Below the pieces are notes generated by a model. It was given only the letters and a program-made list of their open reading frames with translations. It searched no databases and was not told the DNA's origin. This document shows, piece after piece, positions 36,445-50,282 of a stretch of DNA of 62,173 nucleotides (positions are counted from its first letter, which is position 1; every line of letters starts with the position of its first letter). Where the stretch lies: assembly GCF_001194135.2 (NCBI RefSeq), contig NC_068982.1, positions 28,937,922 to 29,000,094 on the forward strand, given 5' to 3'. Origin of the DNA: Octopus bimaculoides. Lineage: Eukaryota. The position numbers were made by a program, and so were the translations under genes.

Positions 36445-36600
36445 CCTGTCGGGTGTGATAAAGTATTCGGATCTGATACTGTTGTGGACATATGTGGCGT
36501 TTGTGGCGGTATTAACGCCACGTGTGACCTCAAATCAGGCACAAAAGCAGGAAAGTACTATTGGAAGACAACTTGGGCTCCGTGTTCTGTGACATGTGGT
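36445..36600 (+). CDS. ADAMTSL1/3-like: ADAMTS-like gene, exon C: end of cysteine-rich module running directly into second TSP1
   Basis: tttttgcag|CCT and GGT|gtaagt; 156 nt, phase 0-0. Encodes PVGCDKVFGSDTVVDICGVCGGINATCDLKSGTKAGKYYWKTTWAPCSVTCG (GCDxxxGSxxxxDxCGVCGG signature, then WxxCSVTCG). Confidence 0.93.
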
Positions 36601-37389
36601 GTAAGTAATTTCACTTGTGTTACCTTTGATTTTGAAAATCCGTTGAAATGATCATATATGTATTTAAAATAATGTTTATTCATAAAATCATATACTTTTA
36701 TTACAATTACTTCAGCTCCAACTATATTTTAGTAATACAGTGAGGGTTCACTCGAGAAAGGGAGCCTGTAAGTGAAATTCCAGATGTTCTGGGAAGGAAA
36801 GATTGAATACAATAGGTAGCAGGTATCCTAGGAAGATAAACACAGAATTGATGACGAGAAGAGTACAGACTAGTGTATCACATGAGGTAATATGTTAGCT
36901 CAGAGAAGGCGTGTGATAGCTTGTTCATTAATTGTTTCTTGTGCCTATATAGTTACGAACAGGCATAAACACCCTTTCAGCCATACCTTTTAGAAAGCAG
37001 AATCTTGAATACGTTTTAACATTATGAAACTACGATAAGTGCCGTAAAAGAGAGATGAATGCTAACATTTCAGTTGCACTATTTTCATTTAAATTCGACG
37101 AAATTTATAATATTTTCTTTCAAGCTCATGCTGAATTTTTCCATTTGTACTCGCATGTATGTGTGTGCATGATAATACATATAATACATATAAGTGTGCA
37201 TATGGTATCTATGAAAGGTATCCATGTCATTCTCTATGTTTATCTATATTAGCGTGTATTTCTGTGACTTTTAGGGAGTGCCTGACAGCAGACGGAATAA
37301 TATTTACCAGGAAGAAAATACTTAGAACAATTAAAACGCACTAATAATTTCCTCTATTCAAGTATTAATTAATATAAGCCAAAAAGCAT

Positions 37390-37449
<60 letters not shown>

Positions 37450-38109
37450 TGTGAATATATTTCTGTGAGAGTGTATAAGTGGAAATGCAAGAAGACCACA
37501 TTATCAAGTTGTGTATTGTAATTAGATGTGGTTATCAACTCTTTATTATCTTATCGAAATTAAATATAATTTAGGCGCATATATCAACAATAATTTTATC
37601 TTGTTATAATTGTATATGAGTTTGGGAGTGTATAGCAAAAAATTGGTTACATACCGAAATTCCAAAAACAATTAGATAATAGTACTAACATTCAAGTATA
37701 TTTTGTTATGAAAAGGAACAATGTTTTGATATTATCTCAACTTAAGAATTCGGAATGCAATTGTTAAATATGAAATCTGCTTCATAATTTTAAGACTACG
37801 AGTTCAGCCGAAAAAGGAAAAAATAGAATAAGTATCATACATTAAAGATATTAAATATTACGAATCGGTTTAACCGACAAAAACCTTCAGGACAATAGTT
37901 CAGTATGGCTTCAGCCAAATACCTAGAGAGGTTAATAGAATTAAGGGATAAAAGAACACAGTTACATGCAGTTCGATAAAATCCGGGCTAATAAATTAAA
38001 TATCTAATAAAAGAATTTATTTTAGTTGTTAAAACTTGTATTTACATATATTTGTCTATATTATCCTGCATATTTCCATGTTGTTTTCTCCCTCTCTCTC
38101 TCTCTTTCT

Positions 38110-38169
<60 letters not shown>

Positions 38170-38651
38170 GTATATATAACTTATAAATAAGAGCAAAAGG
38201 AAAATAAATTCCTATGCCAAATATGCCGAGAATCGTCAATAACCACATATAATTCATCACTAAAGCACGTGTCTCGAAGCAAGCTGACAGAAATTTCTGA
38301 TAAATTCCGTTATTACCGAATCGGTCCTATTTCTGAGTTAATTCATGAAGAATTTTCTCGTCATCAGCGGTAAATGCGTTAAGAAAATAAAATACTTTTT
38401 TTCGCACATGGAACAAGCATACGCAAAGACAAGAGTATACACTTAAGTACCCTAAATATACCCAAATAGAAATTTTGCAGCTTTTAGTGATCAATTATAT
38501 GTGGTTATTGACGATTTAAAGTCTATTTCTCGACATATTTGGAATAGAATTTTTTTCTTTTGCCCTTATTTATAAGTTGTTTGTAATTTTCACCTTAAAA
38601 TGTATTTTTTAATATGTTGGCCACATTTTTTGAATATTTTATCCTATATTA

Positions 38652-38721
<70 letters not shown>

Positions 38722-38729
38722 TACGCACA

Positions 38730-39619
38730 CAGATGCGATGGGTAAATTGTTGTCATTTTATATTTTTAATTACGCGCATGTGCGTTGTTTGTTTTGATTT
38801 TGTCGACTACACAGTATAGTAGGGTCCATTGGGCACCGTCTGTAAGGAAAAAAACACCATGACGCAATTCACTCTGCCAGAAATTTGGAAACGACATGCT
38901 GTACTGCTTAGCATTCGTGCCGGAAGCTCCAATACGAACAGTTGGTGAAGGCACAGAACGACCGTTGGCTTGCCGTGTCCCCAAAACATGTACAAAGATT
39001 GAAAAAAATCAAACATCCAGTCAACATTATGGTGTTTGGAGTGATCACTAGTGATGGCGACGTAATGCTTCCACTCATCTTCCCACACGGTCTCACACTC
39101 AACACGGAGGCGTATATCAAGTGCCTGGAGGAGGTAATATTTCCCTGGGTCAAGAGGCTGACTGCTGGATAACCCTATGTTTGGCAACAGGACTCTGCAT
39201 CATGCCACACAAGCAGGAGAACCCAGTCATGGCAGTCAGACAATTTCTGCGACCACATCACCCCTAACATCTGGCCACCTAACTCCCCAGACTGCAGCCC
39301 CCTTGGTTATTATGTGTGGAGCGCAGTTGAGCGAGGGACCAACAAAACTCCTTGTAACAGCAAAGATGAACTGAAGGCAAGGATTATAGCAGTATTCACC
39401 AACTTAAACAAGGGGACCGTCCAGAATAATTGCAGAAGATTCCGAAATTGTCTGGAATCCATGGTTGAAGCCAATGGCAATTTAATTGAATAAATTTTAC
39501 TCTTTAGTATTTCAAGATATTTTTATGTAATTTTGGTAAATATATCTGTTAAAATGAGATGTGAGTGTTGTTTTCATTTTTGCGTAATGCAGACGACAAT
39601 ATATTCACCGCACCCTGTA
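38730..39619 (+). mobile_element. Internally deleted, defective Tc1/mariner DD37D (maT) transposon
   Basis: Imperfect TIRs cagatgcgatgggtaaattgttgtc / gacgacaatatattcaccgcaccctg followed by TA. Remnant transposase ...MVFGVITSDG..LPLIF...AYIKCLEEV..PWV..*PYVWQQDSASCH..(37 aa)..WPPNSPDCSPLGYYVW...ELKARI. Frameshift at ~38940, stop at ~39172, third Asp replaced by Gly. Confidence 0.9.
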
Positions 39620-39631
39620 TGTGTGTGTGTG

Positions 39632-39664
<33 letters not shown>

Positions 39665-40699
39665 GTGTGGTGTGTGTGTGTGTGTTAGTGTATGTGTGTG
39701 TGTGCATATATAAACATTTCGCATAGAAATACAGGCATGCTGACGTGATTAAGACCTTCGCCAGGTGTCGCGCATTAATACAAAACCCAAAACCCGGTGG
39801 GCTTAAGTTCTCCACCCATGCCTTAAGACTACAGACGTTAGTGTATACAAATATATATATAGTGTACATACACACACGCACATATAAAACTATATATATA
39901 CATGTGTGTGAGTGCGTGTGTGCCTGTGTATGAAGACATTAAAGTGCTATGTAATAAAAGTCAATATCAGAACATGAAATTTTAAGAGATAACTTTTATT
40001 CTACCCAAGAATATTTTAAAAATCCACCACATCCTCTATTTCCTGTGAAAAGACTACAGTTTCTTTTAACGTTATATGGCTTTGCAATGTTTACTGATAA
40101 CATTGAGTCTCCTCTACTTTAATAGATAAGTATGAGGCGGCAGTAATTGACTTATTGATGTGAGCACTCCCTAAAATATGTTTGATTAATTAAAATCACG
40201 CGACCCGGACGGCATCCAAGTTAATTGAAATTTGAATGGGAAGGAACACAGTGGAGTGTGAGTCTGAAATTTAATCGGTTAGAGATTTATTTATAGACCA
40301 GTATATTGAAGTAATAAGTTTTAGTCTTGAAGTACCTTGTTTCAGACATGATCAAACTATATACAGGATGTTGAGGAATAGGAAGTGAAATAAATAAGAT
40401 GACTTCACTCTTGCATAAAATTGACTGAATATATGGTTTATAGTGAAGTATTGTAAAGGCCCTACAGTTGTAAAATACAGGAATAACGATTCTGCAAACC
40501 GAATTGTCTGTAATATTTTTCTCAGACAAACTTCTCTTGAGAGATGTTGTGTGGTAAAAACACAGAGCTCACAAAGAATGACATAAGCAAATCACCAGAC
40601 ACTGTTGTTTCGGCTTGATTTAGCCTCCTCACTGACAAATTTGAAATTATTTGAAACTTTCCTTCCAACATAGAAATATGGAAACAAAACACTGTTGTT

Positions 40700-40870
40700 A
40701 CAGAGATGGATTAGAAGAATCGTTAGAGCATATGGAAAGTTGCTTCGTTGTATTTCTGCTGGCCATTTACGTTCTGAATTCAAATTCCACCGAGGTAAAC
40801 ATTGCCTTTGCCTCCTCCGGAACAGATAAAATAAAATAACAGTCATCCATTGGAATTGATTTAACCGTCT
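40700..40870 (+). mobile_element. SINE family B, degenerate
   Basis: gaatcgttagagcat...tttacgttctgaattcaaattccaccgaggt...gcctttgcctcc. Confidence 0.65.
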
Positions 40871-41379
40871 ATCTCCAGACTAAATTTCAGAGCCTCACCT
40901 TACGTTACGAACAATTATTTTTGCTGTTGTTGTTACTCCCATGTCAACGCTGATTGAACAGACCTGTGATGAAGAGAAGTCCATCGATAATTATCCTATT
41001 TCTTAGGGATCACGTTATGAATTTTCACCGCTTGTTTTAAAGACGGTAATGTGTGTTGTAAAGGAAATTTGGCCACAACTATTTTTAACAGGCAAAGTAA
41101 CCACACTAAGGCTCCACTTTCGTTTGAAGTCGTATAAGTGTTATTTTAATCTCATCGGCTATAACAACTAAATATCAAATATTTGAGTACAACACAGAAA
41201 ACAGTCGATATTTTAAGCAGAATTGCACATCTAAGTATCACGAACACATCGTTATCTTGTTTTTCATGTATCTTACATTATGCACTATGAAAAGATGAAA
41301 CACTATGGAGATAGAATTTTTTGGAACATTCTCGCGGAGTTTAAATTCAGGTTAAGTTGTTATGCTTTATCTTTTATTT

Positions 41380-41765
41380 GCTGCACTCACAGGACTGCAG
41401 GTATCCTCGGGCTCTGCTTTGAAGCGTTTAGTCGAATAAACCGATCCCACTATCTTTTATTTTAAAGTCTGGTACTTATTCTATTGGTCTTTTTTGAGAC
41501 CTAAGACACAGGGCCGCAAACAAAGCGAAACCGGCTATCCAGCGACGAAGGGACAAACACAAACACAATGACATACGTGCATATATATATATATATATAT
41601 ATATACAACAGGAGCTTCTGCACAGTTTCCATCAAATGAATTCACCCACAAGGTATTGGTCGGCTTGGGGCTATAGTAGAAGACACTTACCCAAGAGGTC
41701 GTATAAGTGGGACTGAACCCGGAACCACATTTAGTTAAAGTGCGGGCTTAACCACACTGCCATAC
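41380..41765 (-). mobile_element. SINE family A
   Basis: ggactgcagg...ggtacttattctattggtc...ttggtcggcttggggctatagtagaagacacttacccaag...gactgaacccggaaccac...ttaaccacactgccata. Confidence 0.75.
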
Positions 41766-42084
41766 CTTCATTTAGCACTCTTCCTCGATATTTCCTCGAT
41801 ACTTTAAGATTTGTTTCTCTTTCGTTTCTAATTGCTATTTTCATATTAGTTTTTCTGCATTGCTATAGTTATTGTTAATTGGACTTCATTTTTCTTATTA
41901 TGATCATTACTATGGTTTTAGAAGTGTTGTTGTTGTTCTTCTTCTTTAGACCCAAGTTAGTACAGATCTAAGAACTATGGTCTCAGCCATGACTACTCTG
42001 TATTTCACATGCATTGTTTACACTGGACCACACTACCAAATGTGTCCTTTTCTAAGATGGTAGAGTATAATCTGACGAAGTTTT

Positions 42085-42420
42085 GGCTGATAGGCGCAGG
42101 CACGACTGTGTGATTTAGAATCTCGCTTTGCGACCACATACATTTGGATTTAGTTTCACTGTGTGATAACACGAAAAACTGTGTATATGTAAGTGTATGG
42201 ATATGTATGTATATATGTATTTATGATTGTCTTCACTCCACTGTTTGACAACCGGTGTTGGCTTGTTTACAATCCATATCTCATGCAGCAAAGCGAAACT
42301 ATGTTTCATGGGTCTACTTCTCGAGAAAAGGTTGCCCATGCCTGAACTAAAGAGACGATCATAGCATGCTAGTCGGGTGTTATATGTTAGCGAATGAGTT
42401 AAATAACGATTTTGAGGATA
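42085..42420 (+). mobile_element. SINE family A, degenerate
   Basis: aggcgcaggcacgactgtgtg...ctgtttgacaaccggtgttggcttgtttac. Confidence 0.55.
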
Positions 42421-42461
42421 CAATCGAGATCATAATTGCAGACATGTATGTGCATATAAGC

Positions 42462-42493
<32 letters not shown>

Positions 42494-42950
42494 ATTTAGC
42501 AGCTGCCAACCATTCTTTTTTCCTTCAGAAATATTTTAATCAACTGCACACAATGTGCTGTGTATAGTATCATTAGCTTGTTCAAAGCTCATCTTTCTAG
42601 CTTTGAAGGGAAGACCGACCTCGCCTTTGAGCTGCTGCATCGACAATTTAGGTTTTTTATAGATAAGTAGTTGAGACGAAATAGCATTAGTGATTGTTAT
42701 TTGATATTGTCAATGAAGCAGTTACTATAATGATATTCGCTAATTAAGCCATTTTCCATTATTGATGCAGCTATCACAAAAAAATAATTCGTGACCATGT
42801 TTTAGCGTCTAATTTCTTACTCAAATTAATCTTTTATAGCCTTTTGCATTAAACATTTGGCCTTATATTTCTACCATAACTATATGGAAATAACCGTTTC
42901 AAATTACTTTTTGATATATATGTTACTTCCCTTCTATTTTTTCTCCTTAG

Positions 42951-43084
42951 ACTGGTTACCAAGAAGCTGACCTGCAATGTGCCAGTATAAGATCTGGAAG
43001 GCCCGTGGAGCAAAGCCATTGCGTTCAAACACAAGGATGGATAGTGACAAGAAAGCAGTGTAGTATGCCAACATGTGAAGCAAC
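42951..43084 (+). CDS. ADAMTSL1/3-like: ADAMTS-like gene, exon D: remainder of second TSP1 repeat
   Basis: Long pyrimidine tract ttctccttag|ACT, donor AC|gttagt; 134 nt, phase 0-2. Encodes TGYQEADLQCASIRSGRPVEQSHCVQTQGWIVTRKQCSMPTCEA(T), completing CSVTCG|TGYQ...C with exon C. Confidence 0.88.
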
Positions 43085-44796
43085 GTTAGTAACAGAATGT
43101 CTTTCCATTGTCCATATTATTATTACTACTACAAAATGGTATTCATATTTCAGACCAATAATTATTTATCAAATGTGTTTTTTTTTTGTTTTTTGTTGTT
43201 TTTTTTTTCTACAGAAAGTTTTCAGATATGCTTTGAAATATAATGAAACTAAAGCGAGAAATATTATCTTTCAACTCAGAGATTAACGCGCCTGAATTTA
43301 GTGGTCAGCGTATAGTGATCACCTGAAAAATTCAAAACTAAAATAACTTTGGTTTATAAGTGTTCACAAGTCACCTCAGATACGCAGCAACGCAGTTGTC
43401 AATATGATATTTCGGAGAGGACAAAAACTACAATACACTATATCAAGTGTATAGATGTTCAATCTGGTTCTTAATCATCTTGTACTGTCTAACACATAAC
43501 AATGTCTATATCAGATGCAGTATTGTAAATTAAGCATGGTATTCCTAAAGTGTTTCTAAGCTTTTTTTGTGCTAAGAGGTTTTGATAGGCCTGAAGCAGA
43601 ATTGAACTTGGTCGTATCTAACAAAATCTTTGATTGAACATGGGTTCTATCAAACAATCTTTTCTATTAGACAATCTGAAACAAGAGCAAATGCCTATAT
43701 GGCGTGGTTTCTCTGTGTTTATGATTTTTGTGAATGAGATGGGGAAACAACGATAGAATAAAGAAAATCATTTCAAGCTAAAGAAGTTCGTGGATCGATC
43801 TCGATCTGATTTCAATTTTTGAACGAAAGCGATGTTATTGTAATATATACAAAAGTGACCCACTCGCCAATAATTTATTCAATGTGTTATAATTATGTTC
43901 TAATTATTTGAAAAATCCACGTGTATGCGAGCAGCGAAAGTGTTCTTGACTACTAACGGCGGGTCACTGGTTGTTATTCCATAACCGCCGTCATGGCTGT
44001 GGTTAACTCATATCATCTGGTCTAGAACAATGTTATGATAATGTAAACCACTATAAGTAATATAGATGCTGTATTGTCAAAGAGCATATTATTAGCCGAT
44101 TGAAAATGCTGTGAAGGACTCTGACGCAAACAAATATAAACATTTTTTCAGAAGCATTCAACATAAAAATGGCCGCTGTGTCGTGAAACTTTTCATGAAC
44201 AGAGTCAACGAGATTCAAAATTAGTAACGCTAATTTGCCTCGTACATTAGCGTGAACTATGTTTTGAATTTGATTACCAGTTGAGCCTTATAGATAACTA
44301 TTATGCAACTCCTAAGCAGATATATTAGGTATGTAAACAATGGAAATATGTTTGTAAGTATAAGAGCCAGCCATTCAAACTGAAAAACGCGAGTGACTGA
44401 ACAACAATATAAGAGGTTTATTTTAAGTGGGTTATGTCTTTACGACATTCAATCCGTTCAAGTATATCGAAAGTGTTTTGTGTGAATGGCGTGGTGACAT
44501 ATATCAAGTGTTCGATCGTTACTTGTTTGTTACAACAGGCACCCACAAGTCTTCTATTAAACATATCTTATACATTATTACCGATCTGACCTCCATATGA
44601 ACATTCAGCAATTATTACCAACGTAGGAATTTTATGACTAGAAATTTAATACAAAAAATATTAAAGTCAACTTAAGAATGTTATTTTGAAGAGTTGTGTG
44701 GTAATATATTTTTGTATTACTAAATGAACGCAGACAGAAACACACACATGTAAGTATATATGAGTTTCACTGTATGTGTATGTGTGTATGCGAGAA

Positions 44797-44863
<67 letters not shown>

Positions 44864-44941
44864 NNNNNNNNNNNNNNNNNNNNNNNNNNNNNNNNNNNNN
44901 NNNNNNNNNNNNNNNNNNNNNNNNNNNNNNNNNNNNNNNNN

Positions 44942-44976
<35 letters not shown>

Positions 44977-45799
44977 CAGTAAGCAATGAAGCAGAAGTTT
45001 TATTTCATTTAGCAGAAAATTGACGAATTGGTACATTATATAACTGAGACATCTGTTCAAAGCAGTTTAAAAGTAATATAACATTTATACATCAAATATT
45101 AAATATTAGATGTATGTTTACAGACGTATGCTAAATACAAAGGATTTACACATGAATTGTGTATTCGTGCATATACACACATATACGTACACAACCATAT
45201 ATATATAAGCAAAACAAGATAGATTGTTTATAAGTATTTAGTGATACCGTTTTACACGCTTCTCGTTAACAAAGAATGTCTCACATAGTTTAACCTCCAA
45301 TGTCGGTTTGTTTGTTTTTCCTAAATCTAGCCATTCGGCCAAAAATGACCGATAGAATATGAACCAGATATAAAATACACACTAGGGATCGATTTGATCG
45401 ATAAAACCCTTCAAGACTGAAGCTAGTTAATGAATAAAGAAATAAAAAATATATCATGAGCATGTAATGTGTACCTCGTTTCTTATATATAGACACACAC
45501 AGACACATACACATATGCAACATGCTTCCACATAGTTTCCGTCTACCAAAATCACGCTTAAGAACACTTACACATACGTATAAATATTTTCTTTTTCTTT
45601 CATTGGTTTCAGCCATTGCTAAGTCACTTTCGAGAGTTTTAGCCGATCAGATCAACTGACGGGATCTTTTCTGCAATTACCTATGTCTGAAAAAAAGATA
45701 TTGATGTGTACTGTACTGTTTAAACATTTGTTATAATTGATAGTGTTCTAATCCTAATCATTCCCCAACTTTTCAAACTGAAATAGTCAATATGTTGTT

Positions 45800-46042
45800 A
45801 AGGCGGTGAAATGGCAGAAGCGTTACTGCGCAGGACAAAATGCTTAACAGCATTTCGACCATCTTTACATTTTGACTTCAAATTCCGCCGAGGTCGACTT
45901 TCCTTTCATCCTTTCGGAGTTGATAAAATAAGTACCATTTGAACACTGAGATCAATAAAATAAATATCAGTTGAGCACTGGTGTCGATGTAATCGACTTA
46001 TCCTTCCCAAAAATTACTGGTCTTGTACCAAAATTAGAAACC
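45800..46042 (+). mobile_element. SINE family B
   Basis: aaggcggtgaaatggcagaagcgtt...caaattccgccgaggtcgactttcctttcatcctttcggagttgataaaataagtacc...tgtaccaaaattagaaacc. Confidence 0.85.
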
Positions 46043-46854
46043 AAAATCCAATATGTTTTTGCCTTAAAAAAAAAGAGAAAAAGGAGGCGGCTATAAATTC
46101 CAGAGATATTTTGTTGCCATTTTTAACAGGTCAAACAGCCACGTAGAAGCGCCCTCATTGATTTCACATATACTAAGATAATTTAAATGGTGGCTGTTGC
46201 GTTAGTGTTAGTTTGCATATTGACAAGCTGTAGTAAAACAATCCATTAAATTATTAATAATTAATATTAGTTATAGAACGTTTATTTCCATATTAATTTC
46301 TTTGTAAAGTACTGCTTTTGTGGATGACAGCCTTCAAAACCCTTCCAAATATCTGTATTTATAACAAATATTTAATACCTATGTGAACATTGACCCACCC
46401 CATGTATAAGACTAGAGTATTTGTGTATACAGATATGTGTATTGTTACTTATTAGTATTACAACATTTATATTTAATAATAGGATTGTTGAGTCACTTGA
46501 ACCATTAACCGAATTGTTTTAGACATGAAAGCATAAAACAGAAATCTTTTTTAAATTTGTTAACTTCTTTTGTGGGTTTGTAAGACTATGTTCACTGTTG
46601 TGGCCCATATTAGTGACATATTGCATTGACAAAGTAGAAATCAAAGCCTTGCCAAAATACAAATTCACAAGATTCACACCTGGTAGAACAGTTTGAGCAG
46701 TATTGTGAGCATTAATTTTGCCTTTCATCCTCTCGGGGACGATAAAACGATGTAGCAGTCAAATAAGAGAATCAGCAGTATCGAAAGGCCTCTTCCGCTA
46801 AAAACCACTGTGCTTGCACCTAAATTAGAAACTTTAGTTCCTCATCGACTTGAC

Positions 46855-47452
46855 GGATTTGGCAGAATCGTTACAGGATCAGAAAAAATGTGCCACTAAG
46901 GTATTTGTTCCGGCTCTTTACGTTTTGAGTTCAAAATCATGCCAAGGTCAAATTTGAATTTCATTCTTTCGAGAACGATAAAATGAAGTATCTGTTGAGA
47001 TAATCGAATTCACTCCCACCCAACAAATTTCAAGCTACGTGTTTATATTGGTTTAAAATTTTGACTCAAGGCCGGTATTTGTGGGGAGGGTGTTCGACTA
47101 GCACTTATTTTATCAACCCCGAAAGGATGAAAGACAAAGTCGACCTCGGAATTTGAACTCAGAACGTAAAGACGGACGAAACGACGCTAAGTATATCGCC
47201 CGGTGTGCTAACGATTCTTGTTTCTTTATTGCCCACAAGGGGCTAAACATAGAGGGAACATACAAGGACAAACAAAGGGATTAAGTCGATTACATCGACC
47301 CCAGTGCGTAACTGGTACTTAATTTATCGATCCCGAAAGGATGAAAGGCAAAGTCGACCTTGGTGGAATTTGAACTCAGAACGTGACGGTAGACGAAATA
47401 CCGCTAAGCATTTCGCCCGGTGTGCTAACGATTCTGCCAGCATGCCGCCTTC
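46855..47452. mobile_element. Cluster of three SINE-B copies: one plus (46855-47045), two tandem minus (47065-47215, 47216-47452)
   Basis: Core ttcattctttcgagaacgataaaatgaagta on plus; gaaaggatgaaa..caaagtcgacct..ggaatttgaactcagaacg twice on minus. Confidence 0.8.
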
Positions 47453-50249
47453 ATATTCCGTCCTTATATTAGAGACGCATACTAGTCTTCATTGATATTC
47501 TTTCTTTCTGTACGCTCGTTAGTGTTGGCGTGTATTCTGTCATTAAATCTCCTTCATGCTGATGAACAAAAAGGAATCAACAAACGCCAGGTTACTTCTA
47601 AAGTACCTATATACACAACTACTTGTGCATTGTCAGATTCTGAATGTTCAGTTCAATAGTTTGCAGGTCCTAAATTTCAGTGTCACAATCTTTATAAGCC
47701 TGTGGCGGGAAGAATAACCCTTTTCTTTTCATATTCACGGCAAGATGAACATCGCCCTTGTTTCACTGACTTGCTCCTTCCTCCCCACCCCCATATCTTA
47801 AATGGTTCAGTCACAGAGTTGTTTCAAAAATACAAAATATAATAAGCCATGTAGACATTGACACCGATAATTGATCCCATTTATGTTTAAGAGTTTTAAA
47901 TAATATGAATGATATCAAGAGGGGGGGGGAGAAAGAGAAAGAGAGAGAGAGAGAGAGAGATAATGACAGGAGAGGGAGAGATACTATTGGTATAGTTTAA
48001 TCATTGTGACAAATTCATTTGCAGGTGTGTCGTGTGAGAAAACATACATTTCTAATAAAACGGTAGCATTAAAACGGCTGTAAGTTAATATTCACATGAG
48101 AAGAGGGGAAGNNNNNNNNNNNNNNNNNNNNNNNNNNNNNNNNNNNNNNNNNNNNNNNNNNNNNNNNNNNNNNNNNNNNNNNNNNNNNNNNNNNNNNNNN
48201 NNNNNNNNNNNNNNNNNNNNNNNNNNNNNNNNNNNNNNNNNNNNNNNNNNNNNNNNNNNNNNNNNATATATATATATATATAGATAGATAGATAGATAGA
48301 TGAGGAAGAAAAGAGGGCAAAGAAAAATATACAAAGAAAAGGGCTGAGTACAGATTGAGAAAGTAGGTGGAATAACAGTCAGGTATTATAGGGTTAAAAG
48401 GCAAAGAGAACAAGAGAAGAAAAGAAAAAGAACGGATAGATATATAATAGATAGGTGGATAGAGGGAGGGAGGTAGATAGATAGAGATAGAGTGAGAGAG
48501 AAATAAACAGAGGCAGACAGAAAGATAATGTGAAAGTGTGTGTATGTTTGAACACATTGTGTATTTTTTGAGAAAGGAAATTATTATAAAGAGAGATTAG
48601 GGTGGAGAAAGAAGAATAAGGATACAGAGAAAAAAGACGGCAGAAAGAGATGATGAAAGGGAAATCTAAAATATAATAAAGGGAAGCAGACATAAATAAC
48701 AATGGGTTATGATCGAAAGCTTTGTTCATTAATATTCCAGAAAATTTCAAAGTAGGTGCGAATAAAATTATTCCCATATACTTTTACACATAATCGCACA
48801 TGAGATTTATGTTTATTTGTATGCATACATACATTTAAACTTGAATTCTAATCTATACTTCTTTGTGTGTGCATATTGTAGCGTGAGGCCGTGTGCTTCT
48901 GCGCATGTGTGTGTGTACACGCACACACACACACACATATTTATATATATTAGTATATGTAGCGTATATGATTGTGTTTTGAGAAAGAAAGAAATGAACA
49001 ATTATAAAAGGTAGGGGGAAGAGATAATAAAGTAGTGGTTGAGAGAGAGTAGCATTATCATTGCTTTATATATCAATTTTCTGGTTCTCCAATGAAATAC
49101 GGATGCGTATGCAGAAAGGTCAATTGTCGTCAAATATAGCCTGTCCCCTGGTTAGTCAAATACTCAGTATGTTTGGAGAACGCTTGCATGGCCTTACTGT
49201 ATCCTGTCAAAAGTTTATCGTCATCATCAGCAACAACATCAACAACTACAGCAACAATAAACTACAATAGAAGAAGGAGGAACAACATTTATTGTGTCGT
49301 TTGGTGCGACTGACTACTTTGTGAAAAATGATACTTCAACTGGTTACCTGTTTTATCTTTTTGCCGGGCAATACGTTATCTCAATGGAATAATATACAAA
49401 GAGACTTACATGAAAATGTATTCTATGGGCACTTCCGGTAAGAAAAGCAAAATGCAAGAATTCATTACTGTTTTAACTAAAGATATCGGAATGAAAAGTT
49501 TATAAATTGCATGTGTGTGAAATGAAGGAAAGAAAGGAGATTTGAGAGAGGGAAATTTGTTAGAAAATATATATTTATTTTTCTGTGTTTGTTGTCTGGA
49601 GATATAGTTTCCATTCATTCACAAAATAATTGACGTGACATTAATGAATGGAATTGGCAAAAAAAAAAAGAATAAGGGAATAAGAAGGGAATGGAAATGC
49701 AGTGATAGAATGAGCGAGAGAGAGAAAGAGAGAGGAGGTGGATGGCGGATAGATGATAGAAAGAGAACAGGGGTCGAAAAAGGGCAGCAAGGAAAGGCCA
49801 AATTTAGTAATGGGATTAGATGAGGAAAACAAACAGAGTAATTGGGTAATTTGAGAGCATAAACGAAAAACGATAATGTAAGATAAACAGGAATTAAAAA
49901 CAATTGTAGGTAAAATAGGCAAATGCGTGAGGGAAGCGAAAAAGGAAGGTTCTTGTGGGAGGGGTGTATGTTGTTTATTTTGCTTTATTATTTGCTTTAA
50001 AAACACAAATACACAGACATTTAAATACAGGCGCACAGACGGATTTTTTAAATTTTTTTCTATTTTGTAATTGGCAGAAAGTAACGAAAGTAATACATGG
50101 GGCGAAAGTTTCGAGCATACCACTTTACATGTGCCACGCGTATTTCTCCTTCCCCTTGAGTCACGTTTGTAACTTTCGGTCGATTAAAAACAAATAAACA
50201 TGTTTTGACTTCTGCTTGTCTTGAGTATTCTTCTTCTACTACAACAACA

Positions 50250-50282
<33 letters not shown>

